Source: Bacillota bacterium
GTDB lineage: Bacteria > Bacillota > Clostridia > Acetivibrionales > DTU013
Assembly (NCBI GenBank): GCA_023435925.1
Contig: JAEZLF010000063.1
Location: 496-64,495 of the forward strand
Direction of reading: 5' to 3'
Length of the DNA stretch: 64,000 nucleotides
This document shows positions 22,280 through 31,170 of the stretch, one piece after another. Positions within the stretch are counted from its first letter, which is position 1. Each line of letters begins with the position of its first letter. Made by a program: the position numbers and the translations under genes. The notes beneath the pieces were generated by a model. The model was not told the DNA's origin. It worked only from the letters and a program-made list of their open reading frames with translations, and made no database searches.

Positions 22280-22780
22280 GGTAAGTACGGAAGAGTATTT
22301 TAAGCAATCCTTTAATTCAACTGTCACCGGAATAATAAAAGTATCCACTTTTGGCGGAGAGAAGGAGACCATCGCAGAGCGGACGATATGCGACATTCTG
22401 CGTAGCCGTAATCGCATGTAAATACTGATACTTAGATGCCCTAAACCATTGATTTTACTGGGGTGCTTTAAGAATTTCTGTAAACCACTCCGACCAATGT
22501 CAGGGCTGCATATAACGCCTGTTGGGCTTTAATTGGGTTTTAACAATCATACGCCAGCCGCAAAGCTGCTCAAAAAGGTGTTCATGATTATAATGGACTT
22601 ATCCATGGATTTGGAGATATAACTTAAAAGCTGATGACCCACTGATCCCGCTCAAATTGCCCCAGTGTTCTGATTCAAAATGATCCATCCTCTACCAAGG
22701 GATATTTAAGGATAATCAAATTGACAGACAGTGTCAAAGGGAGTTATCAAGCAGTCCAGTAAGAGGCTCTTGACATTTAC

Positions 22781-23974
22781 TTATTTTATAATGATGTCAT
22801 TTGTATAGTAAGAGTGTTTCCCAGTTTCATCTTCCCAATAGATCAATGAAACGGGCTCCAATTTCTGGGCAACTAATGCATCTCCCGTTTCTTTTGCTTC
22901 TCTAGCAGCAGAGAGCAAATCGTTGGTGTTTTGGTAAGAATTTAACTCGGATAATTTACCCATTTGCTGCTTAATCTCATTTTTTTGTTCTCTTTTGCCT
23001 AATAACCATGATGGGCAATTTCTTTGCCACCAGTTCATATCAGATATTGTTTCTTTTAAACTATTTGATATCTGTTCAACTTTTATGGGGCTGTTTTCAA
23101 TATCATTCCATGACTGCTTGTATTGTTCTACTTTTTCTATTATCTTGGTAGATAGATGGCTTAAGTACCCAGGATTTTCTTGCACAGTCAGTCTCAGTCT
23201 CAACATGTCAATTCTTAAATCGACTATCGATAAAACAATAGACATATATGCATCAGTTCTGTTATATGCTAGGTCATCACTAGTTAGTCCGGTATCAAAT
23301 GCTTGCGCTTCATATAAGTACTTGTATCTTTCAAGAATAGGATTAATGTTATTCTCAATTAAAGATAGTCTGATTATCATCTCCTGCGTAAATTTATTTG
23401 TTACAGATAATTCATCCTCAAGAATATCGAGGCGTGAAATAGCAGAAAACAATTCACCAATATACTCAGCTTCATTCCTCTGAATTACACGATTTATTGC
23501 CTTTTCTATTTTTATGAGCCGCTCATTGATAGGCTTAAACTGCTGCATCATCGTTATGGTAGATAACAATTGAAATGCCAATAATGGAGATGCAACAGGC
23601 ATTATAGCACCTGATACTGGTATAAATGGAGCATGTGCAACTATTCCCCCTGCGCCCATGACAGCACTTCCTACGCCATTTCCTATTGCCATTAATGTAG
23701 CTGAGTTAGCAGTTGCCATAAATAAAGAACCAGATGCAGCAGCACTAATACCTAATGATGCGCCTCCACAAGCAAGAAGGCCAGGAATACATGATTTCGA
23801 TACTTCACCTCCATTACTAATATGGTCGCCTTGAACCATATAATTATTTTTTAGGTTTGCAAGAATTTTGTCTTTCATTTCTCCATTAAGAGCTAAAAGA
23901 GCATACCTTTCGTTAGTTTCGGGATTCTCATAGATCTTTGCTATGTTCTTTGACAGCTTTTTTCGTAAAAACAT
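22781..23974 (-). CDS. hypothetical protein with Gly/Ala-rich (glycine-zipper-like) hydrophobic block and long helical C-terminal domain
   Basis: The start is set at the second ATG (MFLRKK), behind GGGAGG. Residues around 60-145 read GLLACGGASLGISAAASGSLFMATANSATLMAIGNGVGSAVMGAGGIVAHAPFIPVSGAIMPVASPLL. The rest is predicted helical. The gene is AT-rich and isolated. Confidence 0.6.
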   Translation of the reverse strand: MFLRKKLSKNIAKIYENPETNERYALLALNGEMKDKILANLKNNYMVQGDHISNGGEVSKSCIPGLLACGGASLGISAAASGSLFMATANSATLMAIGNGVGSAVMGAGGIVAHAPFIPVSGAIMPVASPLLAFQLLSTITMMQQFKPINERLIKIEKAINRVIQRNEAEYIGELFSAISRLDILEDELSVTNKFTQEMIIRLSLIENNINPILERYKYLYEAQAFDTGLTSDDLAYNRTDAYMSIVLSIVDLRIDMLRLRLTVQENPGYLSHLSTKIIEKVEQYKQSWNDIENSPIKVEQISNSLKETISDMNWWQRNCPSWLLGKREQKNEIKQQMGKLSELNSYQNTNDLLSAAREAKETGDALVAQKLEPVSLIYWEDETGKHSYYTNDIIIK

Positions 23975-24370
23975 ATGTCCTCCCATAAAACGAAATTTCG
24001 TTACAAGTTATGTAATAATATTGTAATATTATGTAATAATTATATATTGATAACCATTTTATTGCAAGACTTATATTTGCAGTGGCTAAAGGGTAGGCAA
24101 GTTAAGGCGTGGGAGTTTGACAAATAGGTTTAAACTATACCAATTAATGCATAGTAACTTGCAATGGAAAATGATTATTTGATGATTAAAATTGGGTACT
24201 TTATTATACAAACCTTCTGAGGCACAAATGGAAATCGCAAAAGTGCCATTGGAATTTCGGACTATGCTTAGCATATCATTGAACGAAGTGATGCAAATAT
24301 GTATCTAAAATTCATGAGATTAACAGCTGTTAAAACAGATAATTTGCTTCTGCCATCTTGCCGAAAACAC

Positions 24371-24470
24371 CCGCAAGGGTGAAGTTTGATGTAGTAATGC
24401 GCAGATTTATACTCTACAGAGCATCCATGGTAAGAATGAGATCATAATTCGACTTTGGTTGACGACTCCA
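24371..24470 (+). repeat. decayed copy of the tRNA-Thr 3' half plus a shared 5' arm (att-like remnant, copy 2)
   Basis: CAGAGCATCCATGGTAAGAATGAGATCATAATTCGACTTTGGTTGACGACTCCA (24416-24470) aligns with tRNA-Thr 10992-11048 at roughly 80% identity by eye, through to the CCA end. The 5' arm at 24371-24415 matches 11225-11270. Confidence 0.8.
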
Positions 24471-24948
24471 ATAAGACTTTAAAATACTTGATATGTAAAC
24501 GTGAATCCGACATTTTGTTTTATATGAAAAAGTCAACTTGTCAACTAACAGCAAACTAAACTAATTAATAATAGTTCATTAAGAGTAGTTATGGCAAAAT
24601 TGAGTGTTAGCATCTATAATTTTGATCGACATCGGTGTAGGTTTGTACAAATATCATTCACAAGGTAGGGATAACATATAAAAGCAGTTAATAAGTATCA
24701 AGCATACTATTCTATTTACCTGAATATGCACTAATTACAATATTATTAAGTTAATGTTTTTACATAAAAATTAGGTAACAATGAAGGAATTAGGAAGTTT
24801 ATGTAGAATAATGTTGTATGAGTTAAATATGCACAAGGGGGAGTTATAGATGCAAAAAAACAATGAGACTCAAGAAACTGATGATAAAAAAGAATAACCA
24901 TAATATTGTTTAGAATAAATTTCATGAATGTAATGTATAGGGGGATTT

Positions 24949-26064
24949 ATGAGAATATCAAAAGAAGCACTGAGGGGATATTTATTGGAGGAAGCATTGG
25001 CTTATTTGATTAAGAATACAGGATATACGTTGTTGGTTGATAAAAGTCAAGACGAGAGAGAACTCCAAAAAAGAGGGAATGGACTTGTGGTTATTGGTAG
25101 AGGTGGGGAGCACCAAGTCGATGTTCTCGGACAGCTTTCATGGATACCAACATTTACTTTCCCAATAAGGCTTTTTATTGAGGCCAAATTCCGTAATGCA
25201 AAAACAGGGATAGATGTAGTAAGGAGTGCTGTAGGTATAATAGAAGACCTGAATCAAAATTTTTCACCTATGAGAGAAACAGGTATCTTGATTAAGCGAT
25301 ACAACTATAATTATGCTTTGTTTTCTACATCAGGATTTTCAAAGGACGCCATAAAGATGGCTATTGCTCATAGGATATCTTTAATAGATTTAAGTGGGCC
25401 TGAGTTCACCGATTTGAGAAATATGATAGAACAAGCAGCAAATAATATTATTCAGTATTATGCTACAAGAGAAGATGTTGCTGTAACTAATGATAACACA
25501 GTAGAAAACGAAGATGATTCCCTGTCTAGGAATAGTTTTATTACTCAATTGAGAATGTTCATAAGGCAGCAATTAAGAACTTTACCAGTAAGTGTAATAG
25601 AAAATCAGTATTGGAGAGGTCAAGATGAAGGTATATTGCTTGACAATTTTCTTGGCGAGTTAATTTCGTTCTTAAATCATTATAATGAACTATTTGTCGG
25701 AATGGCTAATGGACCGTTTATGTTGGTTCTTAAAGCAGATGATGTAAACGATTTTAGATCATATGTCGAAGAGTACCCGACTCATAAGGTTACAATTCAT
25801 TGGAGTGCCTATGATCATGGGGGTAGAAGATGGTATATTAGACCGGTAGATTACTATAATCGTAGATACCAACTTACGTTTACGTTACCAAAGATTTTAG
25901 GTGATTGGATATTTAAAAGTAATAATCCCATAAGCAAAGCGATAAACGCAAAGGAGAAGTATTTATCAAACATTACTATTTACCGTTCAAGTGAAGATAA
26001 AGATGAATTATATCGGCTTATTTATTCTGCTGAAGATACACAACGTCTAATAAATAATTTTTGA
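24949..26064 (+). CDS. Mrr-like (PD-(D/E)xK) restriction endonuclease domain protein with unknown C-terminal half
   Basis: The N-terminal 155 aa follow the Mrr_cat pattern: LEEALAYLIKNTGYTL, GGEHQVDVLG, LFIEAKF, GIDVVRSAVG, ALFSTSGFSKDAIKMA, ISLIDLSG. The C-terminal roughly 215 aa have no motif I recognise. Confidence 0.6.
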   Translation: MRISKEALRGYLLEEALAYLIKNTGYTLLVDKSQDERELQKRGNGLVVIGRGGEHQVDVLGQLSWIPTFTFPIRLFIEAKFRNAKTGIDVVRSAVGIIEDLNQNFSPMRETGILIKRYNYNYALFSTSGFSKDAIKMAIAHRISLIDLSGPEFTDLRNMIEQAANNIIQYYATREDVAVTNDNTVENEDDSLSRNSFITQLRMFIRQQLRTLPVSVIENQYWRGQDEGILLDNFLGELISFLNHYNELFVGMANGPFMLVLKADDVNDFRSYVEEYPTHKVTIHWSAYDHGGRRWYIRPVDYYNRRYQLTFTLPKILGDWIFKSNNPISKAINAKEKYLSNITIYRSSEDKDELYRLIYSAEDTQRLINNF

Positions 26065-26228
26065 TGATTTGGAGAGTTGTTATATAATGGGGAAAAGCTT
26101 GTATATCCAATGTGCTTAGCTTCTCAGCTTGTTCATTAAATACTTTTATTGTACAATATATTATGGAAAATATCCTAGTAAAAATATTTTTAGGAAAATA
26201 TGTTGACAAATAATGTTTAAGGGAAAAG

Positions 26229-29093
26229 ATGTTTAATTTTGGAAATGCAAATGATGGACAAAAACTTGCTATTTCGACCGTCGAGGGGCCGGTTTTAATA
26301 ACGGCAGGACCGGGTACGGGAAAAACCTATACCCTCGTTCAGCGTGCTATCTATTTGATTCAGGAGAAAGGCGTTCAGCCGGAGCGAATACTGATGGCAA
26401 CGTTCACCGAGAAAGCCGCCAAGGAGCTTGTAACCAGAATCACGAATGAACTCGCCGCTCGTGGCATCATTGTAAACATAAACGAAATGTATATTGGGAC
26501 GTTCCATTCCCTATGTCTGCGGATAATAAAAGAGCATCTCGAATATACCCGTCTCAAGAAAAACTACCGTACTTTGGACGACTTTGACCAGAGTTATACA
26601 GTGTTCCAGAGCATTCATAAGTTCCGCCACATCACCGGTTTTGATGGAGTGCTGTCGAACACCGGAGCATGGCGACAGGCAGGCGAAATATGTGAACTTG
26701 TAAACAACCTCTCTGAGGAATTAATAGACCCTGCTGATTTGAAATCAGACCCAGACCAGCAGATAGCTGCGTTGGGGAATATACTCGAAATCTATCAGGA
26801 GGTTCTCTTGGAGAATAACCTGATGGATTTCTCTGCTATTCAGACAGAGGCATACTGGCTGTTAAAAAACAACTCCTCAATCCTTGCCGAAATCCAGAAA
26901 CAGATTCAGTATGTAATGATAGATGAATACCAAGACACGAACTACATTCAGGAGCAGATAGTTTTTCTCATTGGCGGCAGTCACAATAATATCTGTGTAG
27001 TAGGCGACGATGACCAAGGTCTGTACCGTTTCAGAGGCGCAACTATCCGAAACATACTTGAGTTTCCATCAAAGTTCACCAAAGGAGAATGCAATGTCAT
27101 TCCACTTGTGGTGAACTATCGCTCGAACAGTGACATCGTGGATTTTTATAATAATTGGATGGTGACGACCGATGGTGCTCGGTTTCGCTTCCGATGGAAT
27201 AAGTTCCGTTATGACAAGACGATAGAGCCGCATGACAAATCCACCCTTAAAAGCCCAGCAGTTGTGAAGTTGGCGAGCGTGGAGGACGAGGAGGAATGGC
27301 GTGAGAAGATACTTTTGTTCATCTCCGAATTGATGAGTTCCGGGAAATTGAATGATTACAACCAGATAGCGTTCCTCTTCAACTCCGTAAAGCACGAGCG
27401 TGTCACAAGACTCGCCCGCTACTTAGAGGATAATGGAGTGAATGTCTATTCGCCGCGTTCAGATATGTTCTTTCAGCGGGACGAGATAAGGCTGATGATA
27501 GGTTGCCTGATGCTGATGTTCCCTAAATATGTTATAGGGCTTGAGCAAGAGCAATATCAGTTCCTCCAAACTGAGCACTATAAATACTACCGTGGCTGTG
27601 TAATGGCAGCAAACGCCTACCTTCAGAAGTCTGAATCGGCAGATCTCCGCAACTGGATACGTCGTCGCGGGAAAATTCATGCAAACCTGAAGGAAACGAC
27701 AGATTATGCATATTCAGGTCTGATTTACCAGATGTTTGAGTTCGCACCGTTTTCACACATCCTCGGTACAGATATACGTGTCGGTGTGGTAGATATACGC
27801 CCGGCTCGGAACATAGCGCTCTTTACACAGGTAGTCGGGAAATTCGAATATTTACACCGTATAGACGTTTTTAATACAAAATACATCGATATAAACACAG
27901 AGCGGTTCTTTAACCTTTATCTGAGGCTGCTATTCGACGGTGGTATCTCTGAGTATGAGGACGATGCGGAGTATGCTCCGAGCGGATGCGTTTCATTTCT
28001 GACGATTCACCAGTCGAAGGGAATGGAGTTCCCGATTGTATTCGTGGATTCACTTGGCAATATTCCCCGAAAAGCATATAAAGACCTCATTGAGGCTGTA
28101 GAAGATAAATACTTCAAACGCCCAGCGTTCGAACCATATGAGATGACGAAGTATTTTGACTATTGGAGGCTTTACTATACGGCGTTCTCTCGTGCTCAGG
28201 ATTTACTTGTCCTCACCTGCAACGAAGACAAGCGCACCCCGAGTATGTACTTTCGTGAGGTATATGAGGATTTATATGATGCAGATGGAGAAATGTTTGA
28301 CCTTTCCGAGTTTGATTTCAAAGGAGTGAAGAACGTTAATCTAAAAGCTACTTTCTCTTTCACCTCCCACATCACCGTCTACGAAACCTGCTCGCTTCAG
28401 TATAAGTTCTATAAAGAACTGGAATTCGCACCTGTTCGTGTGAACGCTATGTTATTTGGTATGCTTGTTCATCAGACGATTGAGGACATTCACCGTGCTG
28501 CACTCCGGCATGCGGAACACCTAATCAGCCCCGAGAACATCATAGGATGGTTCGATACGAACTACACATCACTCACAAAGAGCGAGCGGACCTACCTTGC
28601 AGAGCCGCAAAAGAATGCCGCCCTGCAGCAGGTACTTCGCTATGCGGAGCGGCAGGAAGGCCAATGGCATACGTTGAAGGATGCCGAGGTGGATGTGAGC
28701 CTTGTGAAGCCTGACTATATAATTGAGGGCAAGATTGACCTAATAAAGGGCGAGGGGGACACAGTTGAACTTGTAGACTTCAAGTCCGAGAAGAAGCCTG
28801 ATATTTTTAAAGATGCGGAGCAACTCGAACACTACCGCCGACAACTTCGGGTATATGCTCACCTCGTGGAGGAGCGGACAGGCCAGAAGGTCAGCAAGAT
28901 GCATCTTTATTACACTGGGGAGGATGGTGGAGTTCCGACTATCAGCTATCCGTATCAGAAGACTGTAGTGGATGCGACGATTCAAGCTTTCGATGATACT
29001 GTTCATAAAATCCTGAGGAAAGAATATGGACAGAGGTCTTCCTCTCCGAAGACATGCAGAGATTGCGATTTCCGTTTCTATTGTGGTAAGTAA
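26229..29093 (+). CDS. UvrD/PcrA-family SF1 helicase fused to a RecB/Cas4-type nuclease with Cys cluster
   Basis: Helicase motifs: AGPGTGKT, MIDEYQDTN, VVGDDDQGLYRFRGA, NYRSN, TIHQSKGMEFPIVFV, YYTAFSRAQDLLVL. The C-terminal nuclease has an early Cys (YETCSLQY), IDLIKG...VELVDFKSEK, QLRVYAHL and a terminal CRDCDFRFYC. Confidence 0.85.
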   Translation: MFNFGNANDGQKLAISTVEGPVLITAGPGTGKTYTLVQRAIYLIQEKGVQPERILMATFTEKAAKELVTRITNELAARGIIVNINEMYIGTFHSLCLRIIKEHLEYTRLKKNYRTLDDFDQSYTVFQSIHKFRHITGFDGVLSNTGAWRQAGEICELVNNLSEELIDPADLKSDPDQQIAALGNILEIYQEVLLENNLMDFSAIQTEAYWLLKNNSSILAEIQKQIQYVMIDEYQDTNYIQEQIVFLIGGSHNNICVVGDDDQGLYRFRGATIRNILEFPSKFTKGECNVIPLVVNYRSNSDIVDFYNNWMVTTDGARFRFRWNKFRYDKTIEPHDKSTLKSPAVVKLASVEDEEEWREKILLFISELMSSGKLNDYNQIAFLFNSVKHERVTRLARYLEDNGVNVYSPRSDMFFQRDEIRLMIGCLMLMFPKYVIGLEQEQYQFLQTEHYKYYRGCVMAANAYLQKSESADLRNWIRRRGKIHANLKETTDYAYSGLIYQMFEFAPFSHILGTDIRVGVVDIRPARNIALFTQVVGKFEYLHRIDVFNTKYIDINTERFFNLYLRLLFDGGISEYEDDAEYAPSGCVSFLTIHQSKGMEFPIVFVDSLGNIPRKAYKDLIEAVEDKYFKRPAFEPYEMTKYFDYWRLYYTAFSRAQDLLVLTCNEDKRTPSMYFREVYEDLYDADGEMFDLSEFDFKGVKNVNLKATFSFTSHITVYETCSLQYKFYKELEFAPVRVNAMLFGMLVHQTIEDIHRAALRHAEHLISPENIIGWFDTNYTSLTKSERTYLAEPQKNAALQQVLRYAERQEGQWHTLKDAEVDVSLVKPDYIIEGKIDLIKGEGDTVELVDFKSEKKPDIFKDAEQLEHYRRQLRVYAHLVEERTGQKVSKMHLYYTGEDGGVPTISYPYQKTVVDATIQAFDDTVHKILRKEYGQRSSSPKTCRDCDFRFYCGK

Positions 29094-29115
29094 TTAGCTT
29101 GGAGGTCTTTTAATA

Positions 29116-31170
29116 ATGGCAGAACAACTTACTTTTGAATTTAATGAACGTCCAACGATAAAGGGCTTTCCTGAACTGCGTTGGACGGGAAAACGCCCAT
29201 ATCGCTCTACGCAATATTTCCCTGCGCAGCTTCGTGAGCGGTACGGTGAGGAACAGGACGGGTGGATTAATAAGATTTACTGGGGTGATAACCTCCAAGT
29301 GATGAGTCATCTTCTAAATGAGTTTCGTGGTAAAGTTGACCTTATCTATATTGACCCACCATTTGATTCCAAAGCGGACTACAAGAAAAAGATTTCGCTC
29401 CGTGGACAAACTGTCACTAGTGATAGTTCTTCGTTCGAGGAAAAACAATACGGTGATATTTGGACAAACGATGAGTACCTCCAGTTTATGTATGAACGGC
29501 TTATCATTTTGCGTGAATTGCTATCAGAAACAGGTAGCATCTATTTGCATTGCGATTATCACAAAAATCAATATCTTCGTTGCCTTCTTGATGAGGTTTT
29601 CGGGATGGATAATTTTATTAATGAAATAACTTGGAAAAGGCGTGGAGGTGCACTGAACAACTTTAAGTCTTTAGGGCAACTTACTGACACTATTTACTTG
29701 TATTGCAAGAATAATGGTACGTATAAATTTAATGCGATAAAAACAAAAGATACCCCCGAAGTTCAAGAGTATATCAGACAGAGATTCGTCTACGATGATG
29801 GAGATGGCAGAAAATATAGTCGCGACCCCGTGACAAATCCCTCAGCTACGGCTACTCCGTCATTGATTTACGAATATAAAGGCTATCAGCCTCCTGAAAA
29901 AGGGTGGGCATTTTCTCGTCAAACTATGGAGGAATGGGATGCCAAAGGGAAACTCTATTTCCCGCCAGAAAAAACCCAGAGAATACGGCGTAAAACGTTC
30001 CTTGATGACTATGAAGGGCAACCCCTTCAAAATTACTGGGGAGACATTTATGTTATCAATTCACAAGCAAAGGAATCCCTGGCTTACCCAACTCAAAAAC
30101 CTGAAGATTTGCTTGACCGTATAATTCGCATAAGTTCCAACCCCGGAGACCTTGTTTTCGACTGTTTTATGGGCAGTGGCACGACGCAAGCCGTTGCTAT
30201 GAAACTGGGGCGACGTTTCATTGGTGCAGACATTAACCTTGGGGCTATACAAATCACAACGAAACGCCTCATCTCCCTTGCTGTCGAGTTGCGGACTACT
30301 GAGCCAGAGCAACTAACGATGATTGCGAGCAATAAGAAAGAAAAATTGAGTAAAATCGAGTATACTACTGAACACGGCTATGCTTCGAGGGCTGCCGAGG
30401 AATCAGGTAAATATCTTGGAGATAATGAGGAGAACGAAGAAACAGAAAGCACTGTTCTGACCGAAGCTATGCCGTTTACCAGCTTTGAGGTATACAATGT
30501 TAACAATTACGAGTTCTTTCGCAACCCCGTCGAGGCTCGCGATCTCCTGATTGATGCCTTAGAGATTCAGTCTTTCCCTCAGCGTGATGTGTGGGATGGT
30601 GAACTGGACGGGCGTATGGTAAAGATTATGCCTGTCAACCGAATCGCAACTAAAGCTGACTTGGAAGAACTCAAGGCGAATCTACCATATAAAACATATG
30701 AGAAGCGAAAAGATGAGAACCCAAACCAACCAGTGGAGAGGATTACGATTGTATGTATGGGCCACGAGCCTGACTTGAAGGCTTCCCTTGAAAAGGCACT
30801 CTCCGAATATAAACTCGACATCGAAATTGTCGATATTCTTCGCGATAAGGCAGACCTCCAACTGAAACGTGAGTCAGAGGCAGACATAGCCATCGAGGAC
30901 GGTCGGCTTGCTATCCGTGCGTTCTATCCGCTGAACCTAATGCAGAAGCTGTCCCTCCAGAAGGAGTATGTGGAAGATTGGCGCCAGCTCGTCGAGTCCG
31001 TAATGATTGACTGGAACTATGACGGAGTTGTCATGCAGCCGACGGTGACTGATGTGCCAGGAAAGAAGAATATTGTGAAAGGTATCTATGACATCCCTGA
31101 AGGAGTTGGAACAATTAAGGTAAAGATAACTGACTTACTCTCCGAGTCTTTGGAAACAGAGGTGAGATGA
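29116..31170 (+). CDS. mod: Type III restriction-modification methyltransferase (Mod), beta-class
   Basis: Motif IV DLIYIDPPFDS lies near the N-terminus and motif I FDCFMGSGTTQAVAMKLGRRFIGADIN about 270 aa later. This IV-TRD-I order is typical of Type III Mod. The stop overlaps the res start. Confidence 0.85.
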   Translation: MAEQLTFEFNERPTIKGFPELRWTGKRPYRSTQYFPAQLRERYGEEQDGWINKIYWGDNLQVMSHLLNEFRGKVDLIYIDPPFDSKADYKKKISLRGQTVTSDSSSFEEKQYGDIWTNDEYLQFMYERLIILRELLSETGSIYLHCDYHKNQYLRCLLDEVFGMDNFINEITWKRRGGALNNFKSLGQLTDTIYLYCKNNGTYKFNAIKTKDTPEVQEYIRQRFVYDDGDGRKYSRDPVTNPSATATPSLIYEYKGYQPPEKGWAFSRQTMEEWDAKGKLYFPPEKTQRIRRKTFLDDYEGQPLQNYWGDIYVINSQAKESLAYPTQKPEDLLDRIIRISSNPGDLVFDCFMGSGTTQAVAMKLGRRFIGADINLGAIQITTKRLISLAVELRTTEPEQLTMIASNKKEKLSKIEYTTEHGYASRAAEESGKYLGDNEENEETESTVLTEAMPFTSFEVYNVNNYEFFRNPVEARDLLIDALEIQSFPQRDVWDGELDGRMVKIMPVNRIATKADLEELKANLPYKTYEKRKDENPNQPVERITIVCMGHEPDLKASLEKALSEYKLDIEIVDILRDKADLQLKRESEADIAIEDGRLAIRAFYPLNLMQKLSLQKEYVEDWRQLVESVMIDWNYDGVVMQPTVTDVPGKKNIVKGIYDIPEGVGTIKVKITDLLSESLETEVR

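Noticed and set aside
22440-22780. Possible IS or transposase remnant in the non-coding stretch before the glycine-zipper gene
   Set aside because: I could not find a convincing translated motif or terminal inverted repeats by eye, so I left it unannotated.
22995-23483. 162-aa plus-strand ORF antisense to the glycine-zipper gene
   Set aside because: It lies in AT-rich DNA opposite a longer ORF that has an RBS, and I could recognise no motifs.
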